Assembly (NCBI GenBank): GCA_964019335.1
Contig: OZ025671.1
Coordinates: 1-64,000, forward strand
Source of the DNA: Diplonema japonicum
Lineage: Eukaryota > Protista > Euglenozoa: Diplonemea
Direction of reading: 5' to 3'
DNA: 64,000 nucleotides
Part shown: piece by piece, positions 41,913 to 50,846 of the stretch
How the letters are laid out: the number at the start of each line of letters is the position of its first letter
Numbering within the stretch: position 1 is the first letter of the stretch
Notes under the pieces: model-generated
What the model saw: only the letters and a program-made list of their open reading frames with translations
Databases searched by the model: none
Told to the model about the DNA's origin: nothing
Position numbers and translations under genes: made by a program

Positions 41913-42371
41913 TAGTGGTTTTATCCGCCTCTTTTCACCCATGGGACGGAAAAGCCCCCGCCTTGCCGATGGCGATGGAAGACACGGTTTATGGTTCCCA
42001 TGCCCCCCCACCGGATCGTCTTCTACTCCTTTTTTCACTTTTTTTATTTTTTTATTAGTAAGGCGGAGAAAAAAAAATCTGGCAGATAAAGATTCGAGTT
42101 CGTGAATCACTTATCGATAGAGGAGAAAAAGGTCTCTTTCTTCTCTTTAATTTTTCTCTTTTTCAAACCTCCTTTGATGATAAAATAAAAATTTAAAATT
42201 TGGTTGCCGTTCTCTTTCTTTGTTTTTCCTTTTATTTTCTCGGCGAACCTGATGCAAAATATAATAAACTAGGGAGGAATGAATCTTTTCTTTTCTTTTC
42301 TTTTTTTTCGAGGGGGGGTAGGGTTGGGAGAAAGAAAATAAAGAAAAGAAAAATAAAAAGAAAATAAAAGA
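41913..42371. repeat. ~460-500 bp block shared with the array spacer (7554-8051, 18213-18710, 28872-29369)
   Basis: Near-identical from TAGTGGTTTTATCCGCC to AAAATAAAAGA, with small indels. Confidence 0.9.
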
Positions 42372-42424
42372 AAAAAAATTTTTTTTGGAGGGGAAGGGAA
42401 GGAGAAGAAGAGGCAAATTCAAAA

Positions 42425-42575
42425 ACATAGACAGCCAGACACGAGCGAACACAACAAGACACACGCACGCACACAGACACACCCACACACAGACACACCC
42501 GCCACAGACACTCCCACACCCGCACCCGCACAGACACGAACACGAACACAACACAGACACACGCACGCAAACCCG
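42425..42575. repeat. Degenerate (AC)n-rich simple repeat
   Basis: acacgcacgcacacagacacacccacacac... Confidence 0.8.
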
Positions 42576-43318
42576 CAAACCCCATTGCGGAACTTTTTTC
42601 CCTAAGGGAATTTCCTAAGGGGGTTCCTAAGGGAATTTTTCCTAAGGAACTTTGGACCCCGGTTGTCGACTTCGGGTGGTTCAACTTTTTCCCTTTTCAA
42701 ACCGAAAAGGCCTGCATACCACCGTGGGTTTTCCACTTTGGGGAAAATTTTTATGAGGGGGTTTTTGGGGATCATAGGGTTAGACGAAATGTTACCAAAA
42801 TTCTTGTACTTGGAAAAAAAAAAGTTTTTTTTTTCACTCTGCCCATGCCCCCTTAAGGGAAATTTTTGTACTTCTAAAATATTTTTCTTAGAAAAAGATT
42901 TTTGTACTTAGAAAAAGAAATTCTTTTTCTTCCTTCTTTTTTTTTTTTTTTTCCAATTTTAAAAAACCAAGTGATTGCTTTATTTCTCGTGCGGGTTTGC
43001 GGGAGACTTCGATGGCCTGACGGAAGAGAATTTCCAGAAGGAAGGAACTTTCATGCTCTTGGGCGCTCTCGTCTGCCCCACCTTCCAAGCTCGCGAAGTA
43101 CTGTTCCATCATTTCATGTTCTTTTCTTTTTTCCCCCTCATCTTTTTCGCCTTGTTTTTATTTTCCTGTGTAGTTGTCTTGAAGGCCTCATGAAAGAAGA
43201 AAAAGATAAAGGTTATATCGGTCCACCCAAAGAGATAGGGGTAGTGAAAAGTTCGTTTGGGGGAGAATTCTTGCTTGCTGGCACCACCCCTCCAGCCTTG
43301 AATGCCTTCTGCAGCTCT

Positions 43319-44353
43319 TTACGCACCTCCGACCAGCGATAATGACGTGAAGTTATTCAGATCCACGTTTTGCAGCCCCGAGCACTGAGACAGGAAGGAA
43401 TGGCCAATTCGGGTGACGTTGGTGAAGACATTCAGATCCACGTTTTGCAGCCCCGAGCATTTTAAAAGGAAGGAATCGCCAATGGAAGTGACGTTGTTGA
43501 AGCTTTTCAGATCCACGTTTTGCAGCCCCGAGCACCCAGACAGAAATGAATGGCCAATTTGGGTGACGTTAATGAAGACATTCAGATCCACGTTTTTTAG
43601 CCCCGAGCATTTTAAAAGGAAGTAATCGCCAATGGAAGTGACGTTAGTGAAACCTTTCAGACCCACGTTTTGCAGCTCTGTGCACTCATCTAGGAAGAAA
43701 TCGCCAATAGAGGTTATATTAGCAAAGACGCTCAGCTCTATTCTTTGCAACTTGGAGCACCCACTCAGGAAAAAATGACCAACGGAGGTGAAACTTGTGA
43801 AGAAACTCTGATCTCCGAAGTTTATGAACATGAGGGACGACTCGAAAAGGAAGTGAGAACCTATGGTTTTGAGATTCAGCCTGAGATCGACAGATTTCAG
43901 GGGTGAGTGACGAAGAAAACTATCTCCGATATCTCTGATACGGTTTGTGGAGTCGGTGACAACGAGACCCCAAAGTCCAGAAGGGAGGTCCCGCCCCTCA
44001 ATGTACACCACCTCTGTAGAGTCCCCCACATCTACCTCAAGAACCAGCTCGGGGTCTGCCGCCACAAGCCTTTCGAGCTCCAGTTTCATTTCAGGACTAT
44101 CCTTCAACTCCTTCAGCCCAACCACTGTGCCTGGAACCACATGGACCACAGACCCCTCCATGAGCCCAATCTCCTGAACCTCTCCATCCCCGAACTTGCT
44201 CAGCTCTTTCTCCTCCCAAGCCAGTTTGAACCTCCCGTCGAGTAAACCAGCAGCACATGCCGCCTTCTTGTACAGGCTCCTCATTGTCTCTTTACCAGCC
44301 ACCTCTACATCGTGAACACCTGCTTTAGTCTTTACGAACACCGTGATGCTCAT
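43319..44353 (-). CDS. Ubiquitin-like domain + leucine-rich repeat protein
   Basis: The N-terminus MSITVFVKT..HDVEV..ETMRSL..FKLAW..IGLMEGSVVHVV fits a Ubl pattern. The C-terminus has 25-aa LRRs (CSGLQNVDLxxFxNVTxIGxxFL). Confidence 0.8.
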   Translation of the reverse strand: MSITVFVKTKAGVHDVEVAGKETMRSLYKKAACAAGLLDGRFKLAWEEKELSKFGDGEVQEIGLMEGSVVHVVPGTVVGLKELKDSPEMKLELERLVAADPELVLEVDVGDSTEVVYIEGRDLPSGLWGLVVTDSTNRIRDIGDSFLRHSPLKSVDLRLNLKTIGSHFLFESSLMFINFGDQSFFTSFTSVGHFFLSGCSKLQRIELSVFANITSIGDFFLDECTELQNVGLKGFTNVTSIGDYFLLKCSGLKNVDLNVFINVTQIGHSFLSGCSGLQNVDLKSFNNVTSIGDSFLLKCSGLQNVDLNVFTNVTRIGHSFLSQCSGLQNVDLNNFTSLSLVGGA

Positions 44354-44505
44354 CTTCTTTCTTTGTTTCAAGATTACTGAGATCACCTAAGGAAGTGTGT
44401 TGTGTATCGTCCGACAAAGTCAGGAGAAGGGAGATTGAAAATCGGAAAGCGGGTAAGTGGGAAAGGGGTGGATTTTGAGCATTTCTCCGAGATTTCTCAT
44501 AATAA

Positions 44506-45984
44506 ATATATGAGTTAAAGGAAGTCTTTGTGAGACGCCCCCTTGTTCTCATCTTCTACCTGCACCTATCCCCTTTCAGCAGCGGTTTCTCCTCCTTTGG
44601 TGGTCTTGCCGGCCTTCTCCCCAGCCTGGCCGCTCTTTCTCTTCGTTCTCTTGCCAGTTGTCCTTTCAACGCCTCTAGGTCATGCTTGGTCTTCGGTGAT
44701 GCAAATATCGCCCTCCTGTTCCATCCGATCACCGCCTTTGTCCTCCCGATGGATCGTAGTGTGTGCACCCTTGTGCTCGGCTCAGCTGGGAAGGCCCTCC
44801 TTCCTTTCACCTTCTTCAGTACCCTCCCTAGCTCCCATGTTTGCCAGTTCTTCTTCATCAGTCCATGCAATCTCCTCGCTTTCTGCTGTACTTCTGCGAG
44901 ATCCCCCAGCTTCCCTCCAAGGGTCTTCCCGGTCACGTTCTCGAAATCCAGTGCCAGCTCCACCGTCGACACTGACGTGTTCCGTGCTGCCTGCATACCA
45001 GCGCAGTTGCCGCATCCACTTCAGCACCTCCTTCGTGTACTCCCGTAGGACATCCCCTGCCGGTAGCTTGCCGAAGTCCTTGTCCGACGGTACTGGGTGT
45101 TCTTGACCTTGTGTGATCTCCAGCCACTGGTGTGTGTGGTACACCTCCTGCCTCTTCGCTTGTAGGGCTGCGTCCCGCTCCCCCACCACCGCCAGCAGGT
45201 GGGAAGACGGCTATGGGTTTCGCCAGGAGGCCACCCACTCCACGCACGACAAGCTGATGGAACTGAAAACCGCCTTCGCGAGACCGCATCACACGACTCT
45301 GCAAGACGCTCAAGGCCTCGATTGGAACGAAAGCAATGATTGTTCACGGTCTCGTGCGTGCCTGCTGTGCCTTGTTGCCCTAGGGTGTGAATGTGGGAAA
45401 ACCGGTCCGGTTGAGTTTCGTTCGTGCATTTGTAATTTTTATTGGAACGCAGAGGTACCCTCTCCTGTTCATCCGCTGGGAAGGGGCGTGGCTTCTTCCG
45501 TGCCCTTCATTCCGCGTTCACCTTCCTTATCAGTGCTTTGATCTTGCGAGCCCTATCTTCCAGCAGACCTCCCAATAATTTGCCTGTCGTCCATTCGAAA
45601 TCGATGGCCAACTCCACCGCCGACACTTCAGAGCTGGTGTCCTCCTTCACCCATCGTAGCTGTGACAACCACTGCAGCAACGGGTTCAGGAACTCTGAGA
45701 CGATTCCACCCACTCCTTCTAGCTCCCCCGCCGTTGGCACGAGGCATCTCCTTCCAAAGAATGACAATCTTCTTACCTTTGTTCAACATGGAGGTCAATT
45801 ATCAACAGGTTGGCCGTCGTCTTTTTTCTTTTTTGTGTGTCGTGTCTCGGAGGGGATCCTTTTGTCGGCGGGCAAACCGACGGGCAACACAACTCGCACG
45901 ACAACGGACGCAGCGGCAAACTCAGGCAGGCAGAACACGAACGACCAATAAAGTACAGAAACTGTAGCTTTAGAATCGTTGGTT
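44506..45984 (-). mobile_element. Element C: SL + A/B-like leader joined to a degenerate 3' segment of a second, LINE-like repeat family
   Basis: The leader shares GTCGTTCGTGTTCTG, GCTGCGTCCG and AAAGGATCCCCTCC with A/B. The body has stops/frameshifts and two copies of a W[LM]xQLRW..VSxVELAxDFExxTGKxLGG motif. Its 3' end recurs at 8051-8174 and 49160-49205. Confidence 0.65.
45946..45984 (-). other. Spliced-leader exon copy (39 nt) at 5' end of element C
   Basis: Full AACCAACG...TTTATTG, followed by a GTCGTTCGTGTTCTG leader like element B. Confidence 0.9.
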
Positions 45985-46162
45985 CTGCTCCCCCTGCCGT
46001 TCTCGTTCTTGTGGCCTAGCTGCTCAATTGTCTTATTGCAGTGAATCATCATTCATTTTCAGGTAGTCTTGCCTGGGTGTATTGGGCCTTTGAAAGAAAA
46101 AGGAAAGCGAAAAAACTAACGAAACGGATAAACAAGATTTCACAAAACTTCATAAAAAGCAG

Positions 46163-46630
46163 CTAATCGTCTTCGCTGGAAACATAGGTAAGGAGGTCGT
46201 TGGAGTCGTGCGAAGGAGACTGCGTCGACGAAACAGGTGGAGAGTGCTTCATGGCATTCGAGCACCGCACAGCTTCTACGGAACAGATGCGCTCTTCGAG
46301 AACCTGAAAGAGCTCGTTTTCCTTAGAAACAGATGAGGCTTCGGTTAACGCCTGCACCCACTTCAACATGTCGTTGTGTGACTGCGCAACAAGCTGGAAC
46401 ACCCGCTGAGACGTCACAACTTCGAAGCAATATTGCTGATCTGCAGAGGGTCTGATATAGGCCTGATCTACCGACACGGTCCCCTGCGGTTGTTTCATAT
46501 CTCTGTTCCTGAAATAGTACAACTTACTCCCCACCAACACGAACCACCTCTCCTTCCAAGCCTTGTTCACCGCACCCAACTTGAGCAACTGCCCGCTCCG
46601 CGAAATATCCTTCTGAGAAAAACAGTTCAT
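46163..46630 (-). CDS. PH-domain protein
   Basis: RSGQLLKLG..KAWKERWFVLVGSKLYYF..FEVVT..RVFQLVA..DMLKWVQAL is a canonical PH pattern. Confidence 0.85.
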   Translation of the reverse strand: MNCFSQKDISRSGQLLKLGAVNKAWKERWFVLVGSKLYYFRNRDMKQPQGTVSVDQAYIRPSADQQYCFEVVTSQRVFQLVAQSHNDMLKWVQALTEASSVSKENELFQVLEERICSVEAVRCSNAMKHSPPVSSTQSPSHDSNDLLTYVSSEDD

Positions 46631-46760
46631 TGGAATACACCCCTTGTCCTTTGTTATTCAGTTGTCTATTTAAATTCTTAGTTCTTATGAAGTTGGATTG
46701 GAAAGAAAGAAAGAGGCATTCCACGCAAAAGAGCACGAGACATCGTCAAAGATCGTTCGG

Positions 46761-47507
46761 TCATTCTAGGGAGTCACACTTCCCTACATCTGCTCCGGTC
46801 TTAAATTGGTAGCAGATACAGTACCACTCAATCGAGCGGGTGGCCATTGTGTTCGGAGCCCTTCCGCATTCTTGGATATCCCGTTGGTAAAGGGAAGTAA
46901 TATTCTTGTTGCTGCCGTACTGCAGGCGGTATGTGGCAATAAATTCACCTGTCCTGTCACATCCACCAACGCAGTGAACATACATCACAACAGGCAGCTT
47001 GTCGTACCTTTGTGTGAGGAGTGTTGCCCGTGTGTACGCTAATCTTGTGGGGAGCTGGTCAACAAGCCACAGGTCACCACTGTTGCAAACTTCTTTCCGT
47101 TCAGCTACCAACGGAGTCAAAGTGGGGGAAACCACGCCTCCTGTCTCCCCAGTGAGCCAGTGGAGCATGATGCCAAAGTCTTTCGTGGTCCCAGACTTCT
47201 TTGCCCAAAACTCCCTCTCAATGGTGAAGACCTTCCCGTCGAATGTGTTGTCTAACGTGACATCGACGAAGTAGAAGTTCGAAGGGAATGCCACACCGTT
47301 CTCATTTGCACGCTGCTTAAACACCGCAACAAGCTCGTCGTATGCGAAGGACGTGTCGTTCTTGATGGGTGCGTTTCCACGGTACAAAAAGTTGGCAACA
47401 CCGCCTCCGAAGTCATTGTGGTCAACGAGCCACACGCGTTTCGGGTCTAGGTTCTCGCCATATACGGAAAGTGCAGCAAGCAGGGCTATGAACACGACAC
47501 GGTTCAT
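46761..47507 (-). CDS. Secreted protein-tyrosine/dual-specificity phosphatase-like protein
   Basis: N-terminal signal peptide and active-site loop YVHCVGGCDRTG (CX5R). Confidence 0.8.
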   Translation of the reverse strand: MNRVVFIALLAALSVYGENLDPKRVWLVDHNDFGGGVANFLYRGNAPIKNDTSFAYDELVAVFKQRANENGVAFPSNFYFVDVTLDNTFDGKVFTIEREFWAKKSGTTKDFGIMLHWLTGETGGVVSPTLTPLVAERKEVCNSGDLWLVDQLPTRLAYTRATLLTQRYDKLPVVMYVHCVGGCDRTGEFIATYRLQYGSNKNITSLYQRDIQECGRAPNTMATRSIEWYCICYQFKTGADVGKCDSLE

Positions 47508-47564
47508 TAGAAACCTAAAAGTGGTGCAGACAGGTGCGAAATAAAATATAAGCAGTATTACTCT

Positions 47565-48188
47565 CTACTGTTTCTGCTTTTTAGCAGCCGGTTCTGGGCC
47601 GTCGGATTCGGATAAGAGATTCAAGAACCCTACGAAGTAGTTTACAGCCAAAGAGTACATACCGCTTACACCAGTGATCTCACATTGTGGGTGAGTGTTT
47701 CCTTTTTCTTTGTAACATTCACTCTCATCGCTGTCGTTATCACCGTCTGAAGGCGTGTCACCATCGGGTGCCACTTCATCTTGAGCCCTACCCGATGGTA
47801 TTACCTCCCACTCTGTGCTCAAATCCTTGCTGATGAACGCTTCAGCTTTCACGTTTTTGCTCTCCACGCCTTCAATTTCACTCACCAACTTCACATCAAT
47901 CTTGTTACGTGTAACAACGGGCCCCTCACCCTGCTCCACGCCTTCCATCTTGTCGAGCGTCTTCAGAAGGTCATCAGTGATGGAATAGACCTGTGTTTCT
48001 GTGATATGTTGCATGTTGCATACCTCGCCATGCACCTCTCCCGTCTTGTCATCGGTCAGTCGCACTGTCCCATCGCTGTGCACCAACTTACCACTAGTCA
48101 CCCCATTGCCCTTTAGTTCGCTCTCGCCGAAAATAAAATTGTTTGAGTACCCTGTCTGCGAGGTGTCTGCAACAAACAACAAGGTCAT
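47565..48188 (-). CDS. Hypothetical protein
   Basis: 207-aa ATG ORF co-oriented with its neighbours, ending in a basic PAAKKQKQ tail. No family recognised. Confidence 0.55.
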   Translation of the reverse strand: MTLLFVADTSQTGYSNNFIFGESELKGNGVTSGKLVHSDGTVRLTDDKTGEVHGEVCNMQHITETQVYSITDDLLKTLDKMEGVEQGEGPVVTRNKIDVKLVSEIEGVESKNVKAEAFISKDLSTEWEVIPSGRAQDEVAPDGDTPSDGDNDSDESECYKEKGNTHPQCEITGVSGMYSLAVNYFVGFLNLLSESDGPEPAAKKQKQ

Positions 48189-49159
48189 GATATCCTACGG
48201 TGCGAGTGCAAGTATGTGGCATTTGTAGTACTACGGACCCAAACAAATAGTGGTGAGCTTATTTTTGTTAAAAAATAAAATGCCCACGTTTCTTCCTCTT
48301 TTCTCTTTTCAGGGACCTCGTCAACTTCGGGTTCAGCACGGGTTCGTCGAGGAACGTAGTGGTGGTTGTTGTGGTGGTAACCTCTGTCACGACTGTGATG
48401 TTAGTGACCTGTTCATAGGGGGCAGCAGTTGTTTTTATGCGCCGATGTGTAGTCGTAACAGACTTCAAGAAGCAGGGCTTCTGGATGCGTGTTGCCTCAA
48501 GAGCACCTTGCTTTCGCCGCATGTTCGGCACAACCCCAACACTTTGTGTACTTGGGGTCACGCCAAATATCGTGTCGTTCAATATGTTGACGCATTTTAA
48601 CCGCAACTGCGGCGGAGTATTTCTTACACACACAAGGACACAAGCACATAGCATAGTACATAATCCTGCAAGACAGTCGCTCATTGACAATCTGCAATAC
48701 ACGACAAGCGCCCCGCCATCACCCACTGGCACCCCATGCTTCTGCCAACGGGTGGCTTTCAGCACCTGCATTAGAAGCTACCACCCTGGCATCTACCTGA
48801 GTTGCTGAGACCTGCATTACTATTGATTGCAGTTAATAAATACTAACCTTAAAAATTGAGTGTAATAGACTTCACGATACGACGCACACCCCCGACGACT
48901 GTGGTGCTTAAGTTAAGTCACTCATGGTCATACCTCATGCTTTGCATATGGTTTAATTTTGTCACCGCAAGCCGCCAGCTGCGCAAGGGAAAGAGGGCAT
49001 TGGTGTAAATTACTTTTTGCAGAAGCTTTTTTAGCAGGTACTGCGTTAGCGGCGGCTGGCTGCGGTGCAGGACTGGGTGCTGCTGTTGCTGCTGTTGCCG
49101 CCATTTTACTTTATTCTGAAAAGTGCATTTCCTTTCAAGTAATGAAAAACATATATTTA

Positions 49160-49208
49160 TATATATGAGTTAAAGGAAGTCTTTGTGAGACGCCCCCTTG
49201 TTCTCTGT
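49160..49208 (-). repeat. ~45-bp 3'-terminal fragment of the element-C body family, intergenic
   Basis: atatatgagttaaaggaagtctttgtgagacgcccccttgttctc matches ~44506-44550. Possible 8-bp TSD TATATTTA at 49152-49159 and 49209-49216. Confidence 0.75.
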
Positions 49209-49220
49209 TATATTTAAACG

Positions 49221-49805
49221 TTACTCTAAACACCCCACAAGGGGGAGGTACTCGTAAAAGTGGCAGCAGATGAGCTGTAAAGCCTTCTCAGTCACTTCGT
49301 CATCACCGCGTTTCTCGTTCAGAATCACAGAGCGTAGGTACGGAGTCATGTCAGAACCTGCGTGCACCGGTATCAAAGTGAGCTTCGTGTAGAAGTCTCT
49401 GCCCTCACGCGGCCCCATAGCCAGGCTGAACACAATACCCTTTACTGCTAGCCAATGCTCGTCCTCAATATTCAGCGGCCCACGCTTCGCCAGCTCTTCT
49501 TTCGTAACGGTGCCCTTAAGCTTCGCGTCCTCGCACAACACAAGGTAGCTTGTTCTCTTCGTAGCCACCACTGGTGGTGTCTGCCATAACAACTCCCAGC
49601 TCACCTCATTGGTCCAATTCGTGCCTTCGACTAAAGTCTTCGTTGCGAAGTAGTCTTCCAAAATCTGCTTCGTGATGCCGTCAAAGGATACACCCTCGTT
49701 GCTGAGGCTTGAGGACGCCAGCCATGCACGGCTTTCGTCAGTCATAACAGAGTCATTTATCTCCACCACCATTCCTGTGATATACCTTAGCTTACAAATA
49801 AACAC
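49221..49805 (-). CDS. Hypothetical protein with possible cytochrome b5-like (heme/steroid-binding) C-terminal domain; start uncertain
   Basis: VTKEELAK..WLAVKGIVFSL..HAGSDMT..VGCL resembles the cyt-b5 fold pattern. Confidence 0.55.
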   Translation of the reverse strand: MFICKLRYITGMVVEINDSVMTDESRAWLASSSLSNEGVSFDGITKQILEDYFATKTLVEGTNWTNEVSWELLWQTPPVVATKRTSYLVLCEDAKLKGTVTKEELAKRGPLNIEDEHWLAVKGIVFSLAMGPREGRDFYTKLTLIPVHAGSDMTPYLRSVILNEKRGDDEVTEKALQLICCHFYEYLPLVGCLE

Positions 49806-49865
49806 AACATATTTATTTATTCAAGACTGCAGGACGCGGTACGCTGCCCATGCAGTCCTTTGTCA

Positions 49866-50762
49866 CTATCCTGATTTTGAATCTGTCATAATTTCGTAAA
49901 GACGATTCACGGAATTCTCTGGCTGTTCAATGATTGAGAAATGCGACTCGCAAGGCTCGTAGTCCAAGAACGGCATCTCCCTCGCCGTCCAGTTGTGATC
50001 AATGCCTCTTGTGAATTCTTGTTTCAGCGAGTAAAAAAAGACGCCCCGTTGTGGGTTCGCTTTGTCGCTCGAGCGCGGCCACATGTAACTAGTGAAACTT
50101 CCCTTGGGGTAAACCCCAACGGTGCTATAGTGCGGCTTTCTCCAAAAAAGGTCTAGTTCGGTAGGTGTGTCGAGGAAGATGCCTGCTTCTTTTTCTGGCG
50201 GAAAAGTAAGGGAAACCGTTCCATCTTCATTTGTCATAAGTCCGAACTCTTTAAAGTAGTGCAGCACTTCTGGCGACAAGGTGGCTAAGGGGAACTTCGT
50301 CTTCAGGTATTCCATTGCCTCGTCTCTCGAAGCCCAGTTATTGCGGCGTTTCTTTGTGGTGTTCACGATGCGCATCAAGGGCCCCGCTTTGAACATCTTG
50401 CTAATATGAATAATCGCCCTTATCGGAGGTGAAAAAACGGGTGGGTCAAAGACCGCTACGCGTTGCGCTCGGCCGCCATTATTTAGAGCTGCCAATGATA
50501 GGCTTCCACCCAAGGAATGTCCAATAAGGAGCGTGTTGTTTCCATCCTTGGAGGTCAAGTGATCCTTCACATGATTGACCATCTTTTGCCAGCCTTTTCC
50601 CTCGTACTTGTTATGCACCTCCACTACGGATACATCGCATTCAAACTTCTTCACTAACCTATTCAAGACAGGCGTGTATACGCCAGCGGGGAACCCATTC
50701 CCCCCTACAAACACAATGCGATTAAAGCTACGTGACGCCGTTTTCCTGTATATTGCAGCCAT
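49866..50762 (-). CDS. Alpha/beta hydrolase fold protein
   Basis: Oxyanion region VFVGGNGFPAGVY, nucleophile motif IGHSLGG, and C-terminal His (ESHF). ATG at 50762 chosen. Confidence 0.8.
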   Translation of the reverse strand: MAAIYRKTASRSFNRIVFVGGNGFPAGVYTPVLNRLVKKFECDVSVVEVHNKYEGKGWQKMVNHVKDHLTSKDGNNTLLIGHSLGGSLSLAALNNGGRAQRVAVFDPPVFSPPIRAIIHISKMFKAGPLMRIVNTTKKRRNNWASRDEAMEYLKTKFPLATLSPEVLHYFKEFGLMTNEDGTVSLTFPPEKEAGIFLDTPTELDLFWRKPHYSTVGVYPKGSFTSYMWPRSSDKANPQRGVFFYSLKQEFTRGIDHNWTAREMPFLDYEPCESHFSIIEQPENSVNRLYEIMTDSKSG

Positions 50763-50846
50763 GTTGCCTGGTGTGAGTTTCCATGAAAGCTTTGGAATAA
50801 TAATTCCTTTTCTGACCAAGTTGTAAGATACATGATTATAATCCCC

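Noticed and set aside
42595-42652. Telomeric repeat
   Set aside because: Only isolated CCTAA cores; no (TTAGGG)n tract.
43350-43700. CRISPR-like regularly spaced repeats
   Set aside because: They are 75-bp coding LRR units in a eukaryotic gene, with no unique spacers or cas genes.
48268-49110. Possible small intron-containing gene (MAATAATAAPSPAP... start near 49104)
   Set aside because: I could not assemble a confident spliced frame or recognise a domain.
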